Counted from the stretch's first letter, positions 45,184 through 56,071 are shown. The stretch: DNA of 64,000 nucleotides from Ilumatobacteraceae bacterium (GCA_964203235.1 CAXNLE010000001.1:876069-940068), one strand, 5' to 3'. A program made the numbers and translations. The notes: generated by a model not told the origin, from the sequence alone.

Positions 45184-46628
45184 GTTAAGTTTTCGACAAA
45201 ACCTTCTAATTGTCGCAAGTTGCGACATTCGAACACGCCATCTGTGTGCGCACCATATTCGCCAACTATTGAGTCACCGGTATTCCAGTATGACTTTGGC
45301 TCTGGGTTGAGCCAATAGACGTGTCTTGCGCGCTTGGCGATTTCTTTGACAACCCAAGATTGTGCGGCGTGATAATTATTTCGCGCATCACCAAGCAGCA
45401 ATACGGTTGTTTTTGAATTGATGTCTTTTCCGTAACGCTCCCAAAAGACTTCGAAAGCATGCCCATAATCACTATGGCCGTCAACCCAAACAACATCTGC
45501 CTCGGTATTCACACGATTGATGGCTTCACCGATGTCTTCAGTCGATTTAAAATATTTTGTAACTTCATCGATGCCGTCAATGAAAACAAACGACCGCACT
45601 TTAGAAAACTGATTTTGAATTGCGTAGACAAACATCAGAGTAAACCTTGCAAACGCCGCAACGCTTCCCGAAATATCGGCGACAACCATTAGCTCTGGCT
45701 TAGCCGGGCGTGGATAGCGAAACTTCGGGTCAGCAGGCACGCCACCATAACTCAGTGAATGGCGCACAGTGTTGCGAAAATCTAAAGGACCTTTGCGACC
45801 ATGTCGGCGTTTGCGCGCCAAACGCGCAGCAAGTTTTCGAGTCAGCGGATACAAGGCTTTTTTAAGGCTCTGCATTTCATCGCGACTGGCATGCATAAAC
45901 TCGACATCTTCGGGCAACGGTTTGCGCAAGGTCTTCGCCATTGCTTCTGCACCACGGTCGGCGACAAGTCTTCGCCGAATCTCTGACTCGACTTCTTGTT
46001 TAAATTGCTCTATTCGGCTCTCGAACTCATCTTTTTCAAGACGTTCTTCAAGCGATGTGAGATCTTGCTGGCTTGAATCACGATTCGCATCCATCAATTT
46101 TTGCAACATGTTGTCGAGATCTAAATTGCGAAGCGTGCGATACAAATAATAAGTACCGCCAACTGGCCGACCTGGCTCCATTCCGGCAAAGCGTTGCACA
46201 GATTGTTTGGCGAGAGCACGCATCATTGCTTGGTCGCCGCTCATTAAAGCACGCATCAGCATCGCATTAATTTCTTCTGGGGTTAACGAATCCATTCCGC
46301 CGCCAGAGCCTTTGCCTTCGCCTTGGCCTTTGACCTGGTCCATTTGCTCTTGCATATCACGCCAGAAATCATCTGGTTGACCGTCTTGGGTGATCGCGTA
46401 TTCTGGGCCGCGCAACGAGAAATAAACCTCAAAAATAGTTTCGAACACTCTCCAGTGAGCATTATTTTTTACGAGCGTCGCCCCCAGCGCATATTTAAAG
46501 GCATCACGATCTTCTATCGGGATGACCTTGACAGCCTCCATCGCATCGAGATTCTCTGTCAAACTTACGGGCAACCCCGCATTTCGTAATTCAGCAATGA
46601 AACCCGACATCAGGTCAAGCACTGGCAT
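45180..46628 (-). CDS. VWA-domain protein (CoxE-like)
   Basis: 482 aa with a C-terminal VWA domain carrying MIDAS DISGS. It lies downstream of the MoxR-type ATPase. Confidence 0.8.
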   Translation of the reverse strand: MPVLDLMSGFIAELRNAGLPVSLTENLDAMEAVKVIPIEDRDAFKYALGATLVKNNAHWRVFETIFEVYFSLRGPEYAITQDGQPDDFWRDMQEQMDQVKGQGEGKGSGGGMDSLTPEEINAMLMRALMSGDQAMMRALAKQSVQRFAGMEPGRPVGGTYYLYRTLRNLDLDNMLQKLMDANRDSSQQDLTSLEERLEKDEFESRIEQFKQEVESEIRRRLVADRGAEAMAKTLRKPLPEDVEFMHASRDEMQSLKKALYPLTRKLAARLARKRRHGRKGPLDFRNTVRHSLSYGGVPADPKFRYPRPAKPELMVVADISGSVAAFARFTLMFVYAIQNQFSKVRSFVFIDGIDEVTKYFKSTEDIGEAINRVNTEADVVWVDGHSDYGHAFEVFWERYGKDINSKTTVLLLGDARNNYHAAQSWVVKEIAKRARHVYWLNPEPKSYWNTGDSIVGEYGAHTDGVFECRNLRQLEGFVENLT

Positions 46629-46637
46629 TGTGCAACC

Positions 46638-47510
46638 TCACTTGGTAACGGAAAGTTCTTTGGCTGCTTTTGCTATGTCTGTCTGATATTTAAGAAGAAT
46701 ATGCAAAGTCTCTTTTGCTTCTTGGGCGTCAATCGTCTCTATCCCAAGCAACATCAAAGTTCTTGCCCAATCGAGTGTTTCGCTGACAGACGGAGCCTTC
46801 TTCAGATCAAGTTGGCGGATACTTCGAACGATGCGTGCAATTTGATCAGCCAAATTTTCACTAATATCCGGAACTTTATTCAACACAATTTCTTTTTCGC
46901 GCTCAAGATCTGGATAATCAACGTGGAGATACAAACAACGACGCTTCAGCGCTTCTGATAACTCACGAGTGTTGTTCGATGTCAAAAACACGAGTGGAAT
47001 CTGCTTGGCGGTAATTGTGCCCAACTCTGGAATCGAAACTTGGTACTCGGAAAGAATTTCGAGCAATAGCGCTTCGGTCTCAAGTTCAACACGATCAACT
47101 TCATCGATCAACAAAACCACTGGTTCTTCACTGGTGATTGCCTCAAGAAGAGGTCGAGCCAATAAAAACTCGCTACTAAAAATGTCATCATGGACTTCGC
47201 TCCAAGAATCACTATTTTTATCGGCTTGAATACGAAGCAACTGCTTCTTGTAGTTCCATTCGTAGAGTGCCTTTGATTCGTCAAGACCTTCGTAACATTG
47301 CAAGCGAATCAATCGCGCGCCAGTGAGTTCGGCGACGCTCTTGGCGAGTTGAGTCTTGCCGGTGCCTGCTGGTCCTTCAATTAAAACTGGTTTACCGAGA
47401 CGATCTGCCAAGAACACAACACCGGCGATCCCGTCGTCTGCAAGATAATTGACATTCTTAAGCCCGCTACGCACGGTAGCTACATCGTTAAATCGAGGTT
47501 TCACCCGCAC
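46638..47510 (-). CDS. MoxR-like AAA+ ATPase (CoxD-like)
   Basis: 290 aa with Walker A GPAGTGKT and Walker B VVLLIDEVDR. Confidence 0.85.
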   Translation of the reverse strand: MRVKPRFNDVATVRSGLKNVNYLADDGIAGVVFLADRLGKPVLIEGPAGTGKTQLAKSVAELTGARLIRLQCYEGLDESKALYEWNYKKQLLRIQADKNSDSWSEVHDDIFSSEFLLARPLLEAITSEEPVVLLIDEVDRVELETEALLLEILSEYQVSIPELGTITAKQIPLVFLTSNNTRELSEALKRRCLYLHVDYPDLEREKEIVLNKVPDISENLADQIARIVRSIRQLDLKKAPSVSETLDWARTLMLLGIETIDAQEAKETLHILLKYQTDIAKAAKELSVTK

Positions 47511-47570
47511 AACTCTAGCGGTTCGGGTTCACCACAACGAAGCGCAACCGAGCCAGAATTCGCAATACGA

Positions 47571-49169
47571 TTGACCGCAATGGCAACGCCCGAAGGCAGT
47601 CAAACACTTTGGCGTGCGAACCTGATCGTGGCTTGTGGCACAGCGCTTAGTCGCGTGACTGGTCTGATTCGCATAATCATTTTTGGCGTAATGATCGGCC
47701 AAACTGCCGTTGCCGATGCATATGACGCGGCGAATAATGCACCCAACGTAGTTTATGAACTTTTACTTGGCGGAGTTTTAGCCGCGTCGTTGATCCCGCT
47801 TTTCAGTCGTTACTTACAAGACGGAGACGACGATGCTGTCAACGCGATTTCTAGTTTTGCAGTTCTGGCTCTGGCCACAATCACAATGCTGGCATTATTT
47901 GCATCGCCACTAATCTTTCACGTCTTTTCTCTGAATCCTGCCAGCGATATCGACGTTGCGTTGTTCAGATCAACAGGCACAAGTTTGACGCGTCTTTTCA
48001 TTGTGCAAATATTTTTCTATGGACTAACAGCAATTGCGAGCGCTATTTTGAACTCAAAACGGCGATTCTTCGCCGCCGCATGGACACCCGTTATTGCCAA
48101 CCTGGTAACTATTTTCACATTATTGGCTATCCCTCGGGTTACTTCAATGAAACCGCCCACTATTAGTGAAGTTTCAACTAATCGCTCGTTACAACTGCTT
48201 CTAGGACTTGGTTCAACATCTGGGATAATTGCAATGACTTTGTTTATGGTCATCGCACTCTCGCGCAGTGGATTGAAACTTAAGTGGAACTTAGATCTAA
48301 ATCATCCAGCGGTCAAGAAGTTATTAAAACTCTCTGGGTGGGCAGTCGGCTATGTTGTCGCGAATCAAATTTCATTAATCGTGATAAAAAATCTCGCTTC
48401 GCCCGGTAGTGGAAACGTTGATGCGTATTCAAAGGCTTACGCTTTTTTCTCACTGCCCCACGGTCTACTCGCAGTTTCAATCGCGACAACATTTGTGCCT
48501 GACCTTGCTCGAGCCGCAGCAAATCTAGACCTAGCAAAATTTCATGAGAAATTTGTTTCTGGATTGCGATTAACTGCGCTTGTGACAATCCCGGCGGCAT
48601 TTGGGATGTTCATACTCTCTCGTCCGCTGGTTGCAATGTTATTGCAACATGGCAATTTCAATTTGTCAGCGACCCAGAACACAGCCCGCGCACTGTCTGG
48701 TCTGGCCATCGGTCTGGCAGGCTTCTCAATATATCTTTTTGTTTTGCGCGGCTTTTACACAAATAACGACACGCGAACTCCGTTTTGGATCAATTTATTC
48801 GAAAACGTTTTAAACATAGTGTTTGCAACTTTGTTTGTTGACCACTTTGATGTCTTTGGTCTGGGTTTGGCATTTTCACTTGCCTATTTGATTAGTGCAG
48901 TTGTTGCATTATTCACGATGCAACGAAAATCACGAGGATTTAACGCCAATTCATTGCTTGCTAGTTTTGTACCAATAGTTATAAGCGCGGGTGTCATGGC
49001 AGTATGCGTTCGCTTGGGGTCAATGTTGTTTGCTAATCACGAATCTGCAGTTGGGATCAACGCAACAATACAGGTGTTGAGTGGATCAATAATCGGTATA
49101 ACTGTTTATGTTGCGATGCTGTATTTGTTTCAAGTCAGTGAAGTGCGAAAATTGTTTCACCGCAACTAG
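47571..49169 (+). CDS. murJ: lipid II flippase MurJ (MviN family)
   Basis: 532 aa with about 14 TM segments. The N-terminal ..GTALSRVTGLIRIIIFGVMIG.. is typical of MurJ. Confidence 0.85.
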   Translation: MTAMATPEGSQTLWRANLIVACGTALSRVTGLIRIIIFGVMIGQTAVADAYDAANNAPNVVYELLLGGVLAASLIPLFSRYLQDGDDDAVNAISSFAVLALATITMLALFASPLIFHVFSLNPASDIDVALFRSTGTSLTRLFIVQIFFYGLTAIASAILNSKRRFFAAAWTPVIANLVTIFTLLAIPRVTSMKPPTISEVSTNRSLQLLLGLGSTSGIIAMTLFMVIALSRSGLKLKWNLDLNHPAVKKLLKLSGWAVGYVVANQISLIVIKNLASPGSGNVDAYSKAYAFFSLPHGLLAVSIATTFVPDLARAAANLDLAKFHEKFVSGLRLTALVTIPAAFGMFILSRPLVAMLLQHGNFNLSATQNTARALSGLAIGLAGFSIYLFVLRGFYTNNDTRTPFWINLFENVLNIVFATLFVDHFDVFGLGLAFSLAYLISAVVALFTMQRKSRGFNANSLLASFVPIVISAGVMAVCVRLGSMLFANHESAVGINATIQVLSGSIIGITVYVAMLYLFQVSEVRKLFHRN

Positions 49170-49179
49170 CAACTAGCAA

Positions 49180-50271
49180 CTAGCCAATCAATATCACGAG
49201 GTCGTCGCGGTGAATCACCTCTTGAGCCACACCGTCGACTAGATCGCGACTGTGCATGCCAGCACTTGCGCCTGCCTGTATCGCAGTTACCCCCGACATA
49301 CCGCGTGCAAACACGACACCGTGTTGATTCTTAACTTCAATCGTGTCACCAATTTCAAAGTCGCCGGTCACTGCGATCACACCAGCATGTAAAAGTGAAA
49401 CAGTTTTGCGAGCAAGGGCATCACGCGCACCATCGTCAACTGTGACTGAGCCAGTCACTTGAGCAGCAAACGCAATCCATAACTTGCGAGCGGTTAGTTC
49501 GCGTTCACGCGGCAAAAACTGCGTTCCTGCATCTGCAACTTTATTCAAGGCATCAACCACAACATTCGCACGTTTGGCTGAACCGATGACCGTTCGTACG
49601 CCTGACCACGAGGCAATACGCGCCGCCGCAAGTTTTGAAGCCATGCCACCACTGCCGCGCGTGTTATTTGAAGTGCCAGCACGAACAGAAAGCAGTTCAT
49701 CATTGGCTTCAACCGTTTCAATAAAAGTAGCTTTCGAATCAACGCTCGGGTCTGCCGTAAACAAACCTTTTAGATCGGTGAGAAGAATCAAGACATCTGC
49801 CGAAACACTGTGGGCAACAAGTGCCGCAATTCGATCGTTATCGCCAAAACGAATTTCGTCGCTGGCAATTGCATCGTTTTCATTGATAACTGGCACACAA
49901 CCCAATTCAAGTAATCGCAAAAGAGTCTGACGCGCATGCAGATACTGATGTCGATCAATGAAGTCATTTGGTACAAGCAACACCTGCGCACTAACTAACT
50001 GATGACGATCAAGTTGCACGTTGTACTCTTGCATTAATCGGCTTTGCCCTGCTGCAGCAAGTGCTTGCAGAGTCAACATATCGGTTGGTCTTTGACTAAG
50101 TTTGAGCGCCGCGACACCGCCCGCAACAGCACCTGAAGTGACAATCAAAACTTCGTGACTTAAACTTCGCAAAGTTGCGACTTCTTCACACAACGCACTT
50201 ACGGCAGACGAGTTGATATTGCCTTCACTAGTAGTGATCGAAGATGTACCAATCTTTACAACGACACGCAT
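49180..50271 (-). CDS. proB: glutamate 5-kinase
   Basis: 363 aa. MRVVVKIGTSSIT.. amino-acid kinase fold plus a C-terminal PUA domain. It lies directly downstream of obg. Confidence 0.9.
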   Translation of the reverse strand: MRVVVKIGTSSITTSEGNINSSAVSALCEEVATLRSLSHEVLIVTSGAVAGGVAALKLSQRPTDMLTLQALAAAGQSRLMQEYNVQLDRHQLVSAQVLLVPNDFIDRHQYLHARQTLLRLLELGCVPVINENDAIASDEIRFGDNDRIAALVAHSVSADVLILLTDLKGLFTADPSVDSKATFIETVEANDELLSVRAGTSNNTRGSGGMASKLAAARIASWSGVRTVIGSAKRANVVVDALNKVADAGTQFLPRERELTARKLWIAFAAQVTGSVTVDDGARDALARKTVSLLHAGVIAVTGDFEIGDTIEVKNQHGVVFARGMSGVTAIQAGASAGMHSRDLVDGVAQEVIHRDDLVILIG

Positions 50272-50276
50272 GTCAA

Positions 50277-51524
50277 TTACTCAGGTGTGTAGTCGAACGA
50301 GAATGTGCCGATCCATATCACAGCGCCCTGCGTCGCACCTGCGCGTGCTAATAATCTCGGTACACCGAGTCGACCCATTCGGTCATCAATGTAATTAAGT
50401 GCATCAGCATTAGTCACATCGTTGAGGGCAATAGATCGTTCAATATCGCGACCATGTAATCGAAACTCATTGGCGCTAATCCGCTCTACACGAGTGCCCT
50501 GTGGCTCTGGGCGAAAAGTAACTGGGCCTTGCGGTGGTGGTTCTGTTGTACGAGCTTCAGCAACAAGTACAGCGAGTTTATTTAAGACTTCACGCACGCC
50601 GTCACCAGTGACAGCAGACATCTTGTCGCCACTCCATGCATCAATAACTTCAGCCGGCGCAGAATCTGTTTTTGTAGCAATTACTAATCGTGGACGATCT
50701 AGAAGTTCTGGTTGATATGCCTTTAGTTCGCGCAACAAAACTTCTTCTTGATCTTTTGGCGAGATTTCTTCCATTGAAACTAGATCGACAAGAACACACA
50801 AAACACGGGCCCGCTCAATGTGGCGAAGAAACTGATCGCCGAGGCCTTTGCCTTCACTTGCGCCTTCGATTATTCCTGGAATGTCGGCTATCACGAACTC
50901 GGTTGTATTATTTAGCCGCACAACGCCGAGGTGTGGCTCGAGTGTTGTAAATGGATAATTAGCGATCTTTGGCTTGGCCGCCGAGACAGAACTAATAAAT
51001 GTGCTTTTGCCCGCATTTGGAAACCCAACAAGTGCAACATCGGCCATAAGTTTCATCTCAAGTTTCAGCCAGCGTTCAAAGCCGTGCTCTCCCTGCTCAG
51101 CAAATTTTGGTGCTCGACGACGATTTGATAAAAATCTTGCGTTACCACGACCGCCTTCACCACCTTGTGCGGCCAACCAGCGCGAACCATGTTGCGCGAG
51201 ATCAGCGAGAGAGTCACCTGTGTACATGTCTTTAACCACGGTGCCCTCTGGAACACCGATCAATAATTCTTCACCGCGACGGCCGTGCAAATCCTTTCCC
51301 ATTCCAGATACTCCGTCTTGGGCGCGACGATGCGGGTGATCACGAAACGCCAACAAACTAGCGACATTTCGATCAGCAACAAGCCAAACAGACCCGCCGT
51401 TGCCTCCATCGCCGCCGTTTGGTCCGCCATTGACAACTGGACCTTCGCGACGAAAACTTACACAGCCACTACCGCCATCACCGCCACGAACATTAAGTTG
51501 TGCTTCGTCAACAAAGGCACTCAT
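50277..51524 (-). CDS. obg: GTPase Obg/CgtA
   Basis: 415 aa with a glycine-rich Obg fold (GGDGGSGCVSFRRE..GGPNGGDGGNGG), G1 motif GFPNAGKST, and a C-terminal Obg_CT domain. Confidence 0.95.
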   Translation of the reverse strand: MSAFVDEAQLNVRGGDGGSGCVSFRREGPVVNGGPNGGDGGNGGSVWLVADRNVASLLAFRDHPHRRAQDGVSGMGKDLHGRRGEELLIGVPEGTVVKDMYTGDSLADLAQHGSRWLAAQGGEGGRGNARFLSNRRRAPKFAEQGEHGFERWLKLEMKLMADVALVGFPNAGKSTFISSVSAAKPKIANYPFTTLEPHLGVVRLNNTTEFVIADIPGIIEGASEGKGLGDQFLRHIERARVLCVLVDLVSMEEISPKDQEEVLLRELKAYQPELLDRPRLVIATKTDSAPAEVIDAWSGDKMSAVTGDGVREVLNKLAVLVAEARTTEPPPQGPVTFRPEPQGTRVERISANEFRLHGRDIERSIALNDVTNADALNYIDDRMGRLGVPRLLARAGATQGAVIWIGTFSFDYTPE

Positions 51525-51626
51525 TTGTCTCCATTTTGAGTCTGCCGGTTCTAAAGACTGACAAGAACCGGGCTAACCAAGGCTACAAGCACGACCAATG
51601 ACTCACCCTTTGCCTAAGGTTGTGCG

Positions 51627-52769
51627 ATGGCAGAAGAAGTAACACACCAGCCAGTTAGTACGTCTTGGGCACAAACAATGCATGGGCACACTTCGGTTGA
51701 CGCGACTGAGATACGGCTCGCTCATTCTGATTCGTGGGCAGGCACTGGCAGCACGCAATTAGTTGAACGGCTTGAGCGAGAGGATAGAGAAGATAAGAAC
51801 TTGTCGGTTCATGCGACCCGAAGTTTTGGTGCAGGTAATCGCGCGATTTCAGAACAACCCGATAAGTTTCGAACCTGTTTTGAACGTGATCGAGATCGAA
51901 TCTTGCATGCATCATCATTTCGACGATTGGCTGGCAAAACTCAAGTGTTCGTGTTTCCACAAGATCATCAACGCACACGCCTAACGCACGCGCTTGAAGT
52001 CGCACAGGTTGCTAGTTCTGTCTCAAGAGCAATCGGTCTGAATATTGCTCTAACAGAGGCAATTGCACTCGGACATGACTGTGGACATGGCCCAGGTGGA
52101 CATGCCAGTGAAGATGCGTTATCGGTATTTATCGACGGCGGCTATGACCACGCTGTTTGGGGCGCAGACGTGACACTAGTGCCGCTCAACTTATGCAACG
52201 AAACCCTTGACGGAATTCGAAATCACTCATGGTCACGGCCGGCACCCAAAACGCCCGAAGGTGAAGTTGTGTCATGGGCAGATCGCATCGCGTATGTTTG
52301 CCATGATTTTGAAGATGCCGTGGCTGCGGGCGTTGTCACCAGCGAACAACTACCCCAAGAGGTGCGCGAGGCGTGTGGCGTGCAGCGTGATCAACAACTT
52401 CGAGCTTTCATCGGCGCGATGATCGAAGCCACCGCGACAACAGGTCGAATCGCAATGACTTCAAAATGTGCCGATGCATTAGCTACATTTCGAAAATTCA
52501 ATTACGAAAACATTTACATGCGTCGTGAGTCGCGTGCGCAAGCCGATTCGGTTGTGCGACTTTTACGTGCTCTCGTTGAGCATTACGTGGTTAATCCAAA
52601 ATTGATGTACGCGCCTCTTGAGCGAGAACTATTTGATGCACACAGCGCTGAAGCAACAAAACTTGCAGTCACATACGTTGGCGGAATGACAGATCGTTTC
52701 GCATGTCGACAGGGTGTCAGTCTGCTCGGCTGGCAAGAATCGCAATTACCACAAGGCATTGGCATTTAG
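51627..52769 (+). CDS. dGTP triphosphohydrolase-like HD-domain protein
   Basis: 380 aa with RDRDRILHASSFRRLAGKTQVF, RTRLTHALEVAQVA and LGHDCGHGPGGH. Confidence 0.85.
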   Translation: MAEEVTHQPVSTSWAQTMHGHTSVDATEIRLAHSDSWAGTGSTQLVERLEREDREDKNLSVHATRSFGAGNRAISEQPDKFRTCFERDRDRILHASSFRRLAGKTQVFVFPQDHQRTRLTHALEVAQVASSVSRAIGLNIALTEAIALGHDCGHGPGGHASEDALSVFIDGGYDHAVWGADVTLVPLNLCNETLDGIRNHSWSRPAPKTPEGEVVSWADRIAYVCHDFEDAVAAGVVTSEQLPQEVREACGVQRDQQLRAFIGAMIEATATTGRIAMTSKCADALATFRKFNYENIYMRRESRAQADSVVRLLRALVEHYVVNPKLMYAPLERELFDAHSAEATKLAVTYVGGMTDRFACRQGVSLLGWQESQLPQGIGI

Positions 52770-52788
52770 CCTTTAGAGTGGTTTTCGC

Positions 52789-53733
52789 ATGACTCAAATT
52801 ATTTCAAAACAAAAAATGTGGATTGATACAGACACGGCTTCTGACGACGCAGTCGCGTTAATCCTTGCATTAAAAAGTCCGACAACAAATGTGATCGGTA
52901 TTTCAATAGTTGCCGGCAATGTGCCAATAGAACTTGGGGTGCAGGCGGCGCTATACACAATCGAGATGTGCGAAGCGAAAGTTCCGGTTCATGTCGGCGC
53001 GACCAAGCCTCTTGTGAGATCTTTTTCATCTGCACAAAATGTTCATGGCACAGACGGCATGGGCGATATCGGGCTCAAGTTGAGTGGTCGACTGCCGACA
53101 TCTCACGATGCAATACGGCAAATAATTGAAACCTTTCGATCAGCCCCAGGAGAAATAGACCTCGTAACTCTCGGACCATTGACAAATATTGCGTTGGCTT
53201 TGTCAATTGAGCCCGAGTTCGCCAGATGGGTTAGGCGCTGCGTAATCATGGGTGGCACGGGCGTTTTACCAGGCAACGTTACTGTTGCATCCGAGTTCAA
53301 TGTTTGGGCAGACCCAGAATCAGCGCGAATAGTTTTTGACTCAGAGTTACCACTTGAAATGGTCGGCTGGGATGTCTCAGTTGCCGATGCAGTTATTTCC
53401 GATGAACTCGCCATCGAATTTAGTGAACTAAGCAATCTTGGCAAATTCGCCATGTCAATTCAAAGACAAGTGCGAGAGTTTTGCCGCACAGAAACAAAAC
53501 TTGAAGGCTTCGATTTGCCAGACCCAATCACGATGAGTGTGGCTATCGACTCGTCAATGTCAATTTCTGAAATTCGCAAGTATGTTCGCGTTCATCTTGG
53601 CGATGGTGACACCCGCGGGCAAACAATCGTTGACCATCTTGACGTGCTTCGCAGAGGCCAAAACTGTCGTGTTGTGTTGCGCGTAGATCGCAAACGTTTT
53701 GTCGCGATGATTCGCGATGCGCTAGTTAACTAG
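52789..53733 (+). CDS. nucleoside hydrolase (IUNH family)
   Basis: 314 aa with the N-terminal fingerprint WIDTDTASDDAVAL (DxDxxxDD). Confidence 0.85.
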   Translation: MTQIISKQKMWIDTDTASDDAVALILALKSPTTNVIGISIVAGNVPIELGVQAALYTIEMCEAKVPVHVGATKPLVRSFSSAQNVHGTDGMGDIGLKLSGRLPTSHDAIRQIIETFRSAPGEIDLVTLGPLTNIALALSIEPEFARWVRRCVIMGGTGVLPGNVTVASEFNVWADPESARIVFDSELPLEMVGWDVSVADAVISDELAIEFSELSNLGKFAMSIQRQVREFCRTETKLEGFDLPDPITMSVAIDSSMSISEIRKYVRVHLGDGDTRGQTIVDHLDVLRRGQNCRVVLRVDRKRFVAMIRDALVN

Positions 53734-53741
53734 TAGGAAAA

Positions 53742-53999
53742 CTAGTTGCTAGCAGGGTTAACGTCGACCACTTTGCGGCCGCGACGTTCTGCGAACTTAA
53801 CATTGCCGTGCACGAGAGCGAACAATGTGTCGTCGCTACCCTTGCCAACATTTTTGCCCGGGTGAACTTTTGTTCCTCGTTGGCGAATAAGAATTGTGCC
53901 AGCATTAACGAGCGTGCTATCAAAAACTTTTACACCGAGTCTTTGGGAATTTGAATCGCGGCCGTTTCGTGTAGAACCGCCACCTTTGGTTTTTGACAT
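53742..53999 (-). CDS. rpmA: 50S ribosomal protein L27
   Basis: [26 protein letters not shown].. is canonical L27. Confidence 0.95.
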   Translation of the reverse strand: MSKTKGGGSTRNGRDSNSQRLGVKVFDSTLVNAGTILIRQRGTKVHPGKNVGKGSDDTLFALVHGNVKFAERRGRKVVDVNPASN

Positions 54000-54002
54000 T
54001 AG

Positions 54003-54314
54003 TTAGCCTTTCGCAATCGATGTAATTTCAACAAGGCTATATCGCTGACGGTGGCCGAAGCGTCGTCGCTGATTGGTTCGACGCTTGTACATAAAACCAT
54101 CAATCTTTACACCGGCAACTTCACCCAGAACTTTACCCTTGACCGAAGCCTTGGCAAGTTGAGCAGGTGTGGCAAGAACTGTTTCGCCGTCAACGAGCAT
54201 GACTGGCGTAAACGAAACTTCAGCACCTGTTGCTACACCCAAAAGCTCTACCTGAACTTGTTGGCCTTGAGCGACCTTCTCTTGTTTTCCACCTGAAGCA
54301 ATGATTGCGTACAT
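54003..54314 (-). CDS. rplU: 50S ribosomal protein L21
   Basis: MYAIIASGGKQEKV.. is canonical L21, immediately upstream of rpmA. Confidence 0.95.
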   Translation of the reverse strand: MYAIIASGGKQEKVAQGQQVQVELLGVATGAEVSFTPVMLVDGETVLATPAQLAKASVKGKVLGEVAGVKIDGFMYKRRTNQRRRFGHRQRYSLVEITSIAKG

Positions 54315-54406
54315 ATTGAACCCCGAGCCTATCTGTGTAATTTCTGAACTTGCGATGTTTTATGGGTAGATTCTGCGTTTTGTGTCATTTTCTATTGCTC
54401 GATTAA

Positions 54407-56071
54407 CTAGTCAAGCATTGAGTGATCGACGATGATTCCACGGCCTTGGCAAGTCGGGCATGAGTCGACGAAATTGGTCAATAGACCCTCACCTATTCGT
54501 TTTCGTGTCATTTCAACAAGACCCAGTTCAGAAATATCAAATACCTGGGTGCGCGTCTTGTCACGCGAAAGAGCATTCTTAAACCGATCTAGTACTTTGC
54601 GACGGTTCTCACGGATCTCCATATCGATAAAGTCAATAACGATGATTCCACCGATGTCACGTAGTCGCAACTGTCGTGCAATCTCGTCAGCAGCTTCAAG
54701 ATTATTTGTGAACACTGTCTCTTCAAGGTTCGTTTTGCCAACATTTTTACCGGTGTTCACGTCAATCACAGTCAACGCTTCAGTGTGCTCAATTACGAGT
54801 GAACCTCCCGACGGCAGCCAGACCTTAATGTCAAGGGCCTTATGAATTTGCTCGTGAACATGCTGGTTCTCAAAAAGTGAAAGACCCTCTGCCTGAGTGT
54901 CGAAGAACTCAACACGATCCAAAAATTCAGGATTAAAGTCACCAATATATTGTCGCACTTCTTCATAAAGTTCTCGCTCGTCAATGATGATTCCGCGATA
55001 GTCACTGCTGAATTCTTCACGGATAACACGCACTGCAAGAGGTGGCTCTCGATATAACAACGTCGGACCACTTGACTTCTTAGATTTCTCTTTGATTTCT
55101 TCCCATAGTGCGAGCAATCTCGTCATATCGGTTCGCAGTTCGTGTTCGGTGGCGTTTTCGGCTGCTGTCCGAACGATGATTCCGTGTTCTTCTGGTTTGA
55201 CGCGATCCAATATTGAGCGCAACCGACGGCGCTCGTCGTCCGGCAATCGCTTGGAGATGCCGTAAGTGCGCGAATCTGGGATTAATACGACAAACCGACC
55301 TGGTAACGAAACCTCTTGAGTAAGGCGACCACCCTTTGCACCGATGGGGTTTTTAGTAACCTGACATAAAATAAGTTGGCGAGCCTGCAATACGTGTTCG
55401 ATTCTTGGCTCAGGACCCTGCTCAACCACATCTTCTTTATCGAATTGAACATCACCTCGATACAACACGGCATTTTTCGGCGTACCAATATCAACAAACG
55501 CAGCTTCCATACCTGGTAAAACATTTTGCACACGACCCAAGTAAATATTGCCGTGAATTTGCTCACTGTCATCGGCCGGGCGACTGACATAATGCTCAAT
55601 CAAACTTCGACCTTCAAGCATCGCAACTTGAGTGAAATCTTTTCGAACTTGAACGACCATCATGTAGCGGCCTAGGGGTCGACCATTACGTTCTTTTCCG
55701 CGACGACGCTCAATTAATTCAGCGTCCGTTTCAACCGGAGAAACAGGTTTTGACCGAGAATTGTCATTACTCGGGCGACGACGACGATTACGGCCACCGC
55801 GACGATTTCGCCGAACTGTTTTTTCGCCATCTTGAGTACCGCTCGTTTCCGAACCTTCTGCTGAAGAACTATTAGTCTTTTGTCGTCCTCGCTTTGTCAG
55901 GCCAATTCTTTTGGAAGCGTTTGATTCAGCTTCATCCCCCTGCACAGCCGGTTGAACAGGCGCGGGTCGGGTGTCTCCAATTTGTGGCTTTCGCACAAGC
56001 GATGCATCCGCAGCTTCCGGTGAAACTAATCGACCTTCTCTTGGGTGTTCTGGTAACTCTGGGTAACTCAT
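54407..56071 (-). CDS. rne: ribonuclease E/G family endoribonuclease
   Basis: It has an S1 domain (NIYLGRVQNVLPGMEAAFVDIG) and a catalytic core (..TVIDVNTGK..). I prefer ATG 56071 (MSYPELPE), preceded by GAAGGA, over the track start 56125. Confidence 0.85.
   Translation of the reverse strand: MSYPELPEHPREGRLVSPEAADASLVRKPQIGDTRPAPVQPAVQGDEAESNASKRIGLTKRGRQKTNSSSAEGSETSGTQDGEKTVRRNRRGGRNRRRRPSNDNSRSKPVSPVETDAELIERRRGKERNGRPLGRYMMVVQVRKDFTQVAMLEGRSLIEHYVSRPADDSEQIHGNIYLGRVQNVLPGMEAAFVDIGTPKNAVLYRGDVQFDKEDVVEQGPEPRIEHVLQARQLILCQVTKNPIGAKGGRLTQEVSLPGRFVVLIPDSRTYGISKRLPDDERRRLRSILDRVKPEEHGIIVRTAAENATEHELRTDMTRLLALWEEIKEKSKKSSGPTLLYREPPLAVRVIREEFSSDYRGIIIDERELYEEVRQYIGDFNPEFLDRVEFFDTQAEGLSLFENQHVHEQIHKALDIKVWLPSGGSLVIEHTEALTVIDVNTGKNVGKTNLEETVFTNNLEAADEIARQLRLRDIGGIIVIDFIDMEIRENRRKVLDRFKNALSRDKTRTQVFDISELGLVEMTRKRIGEGLLTNFVDSCPTCQGRGIIVDHSMLD

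Noticed and set aside
45180-47510. The AAA+ ATPase + VWA protein pair as a candidate novel defence or stress system.
   Set aside because: The motifs and sizes fit the widespread MoxR/CoxD-CoxE-type chaperone pair. Nothing in the sequence (no nuclease, protease or extra effector gene) suggests a distinct system.
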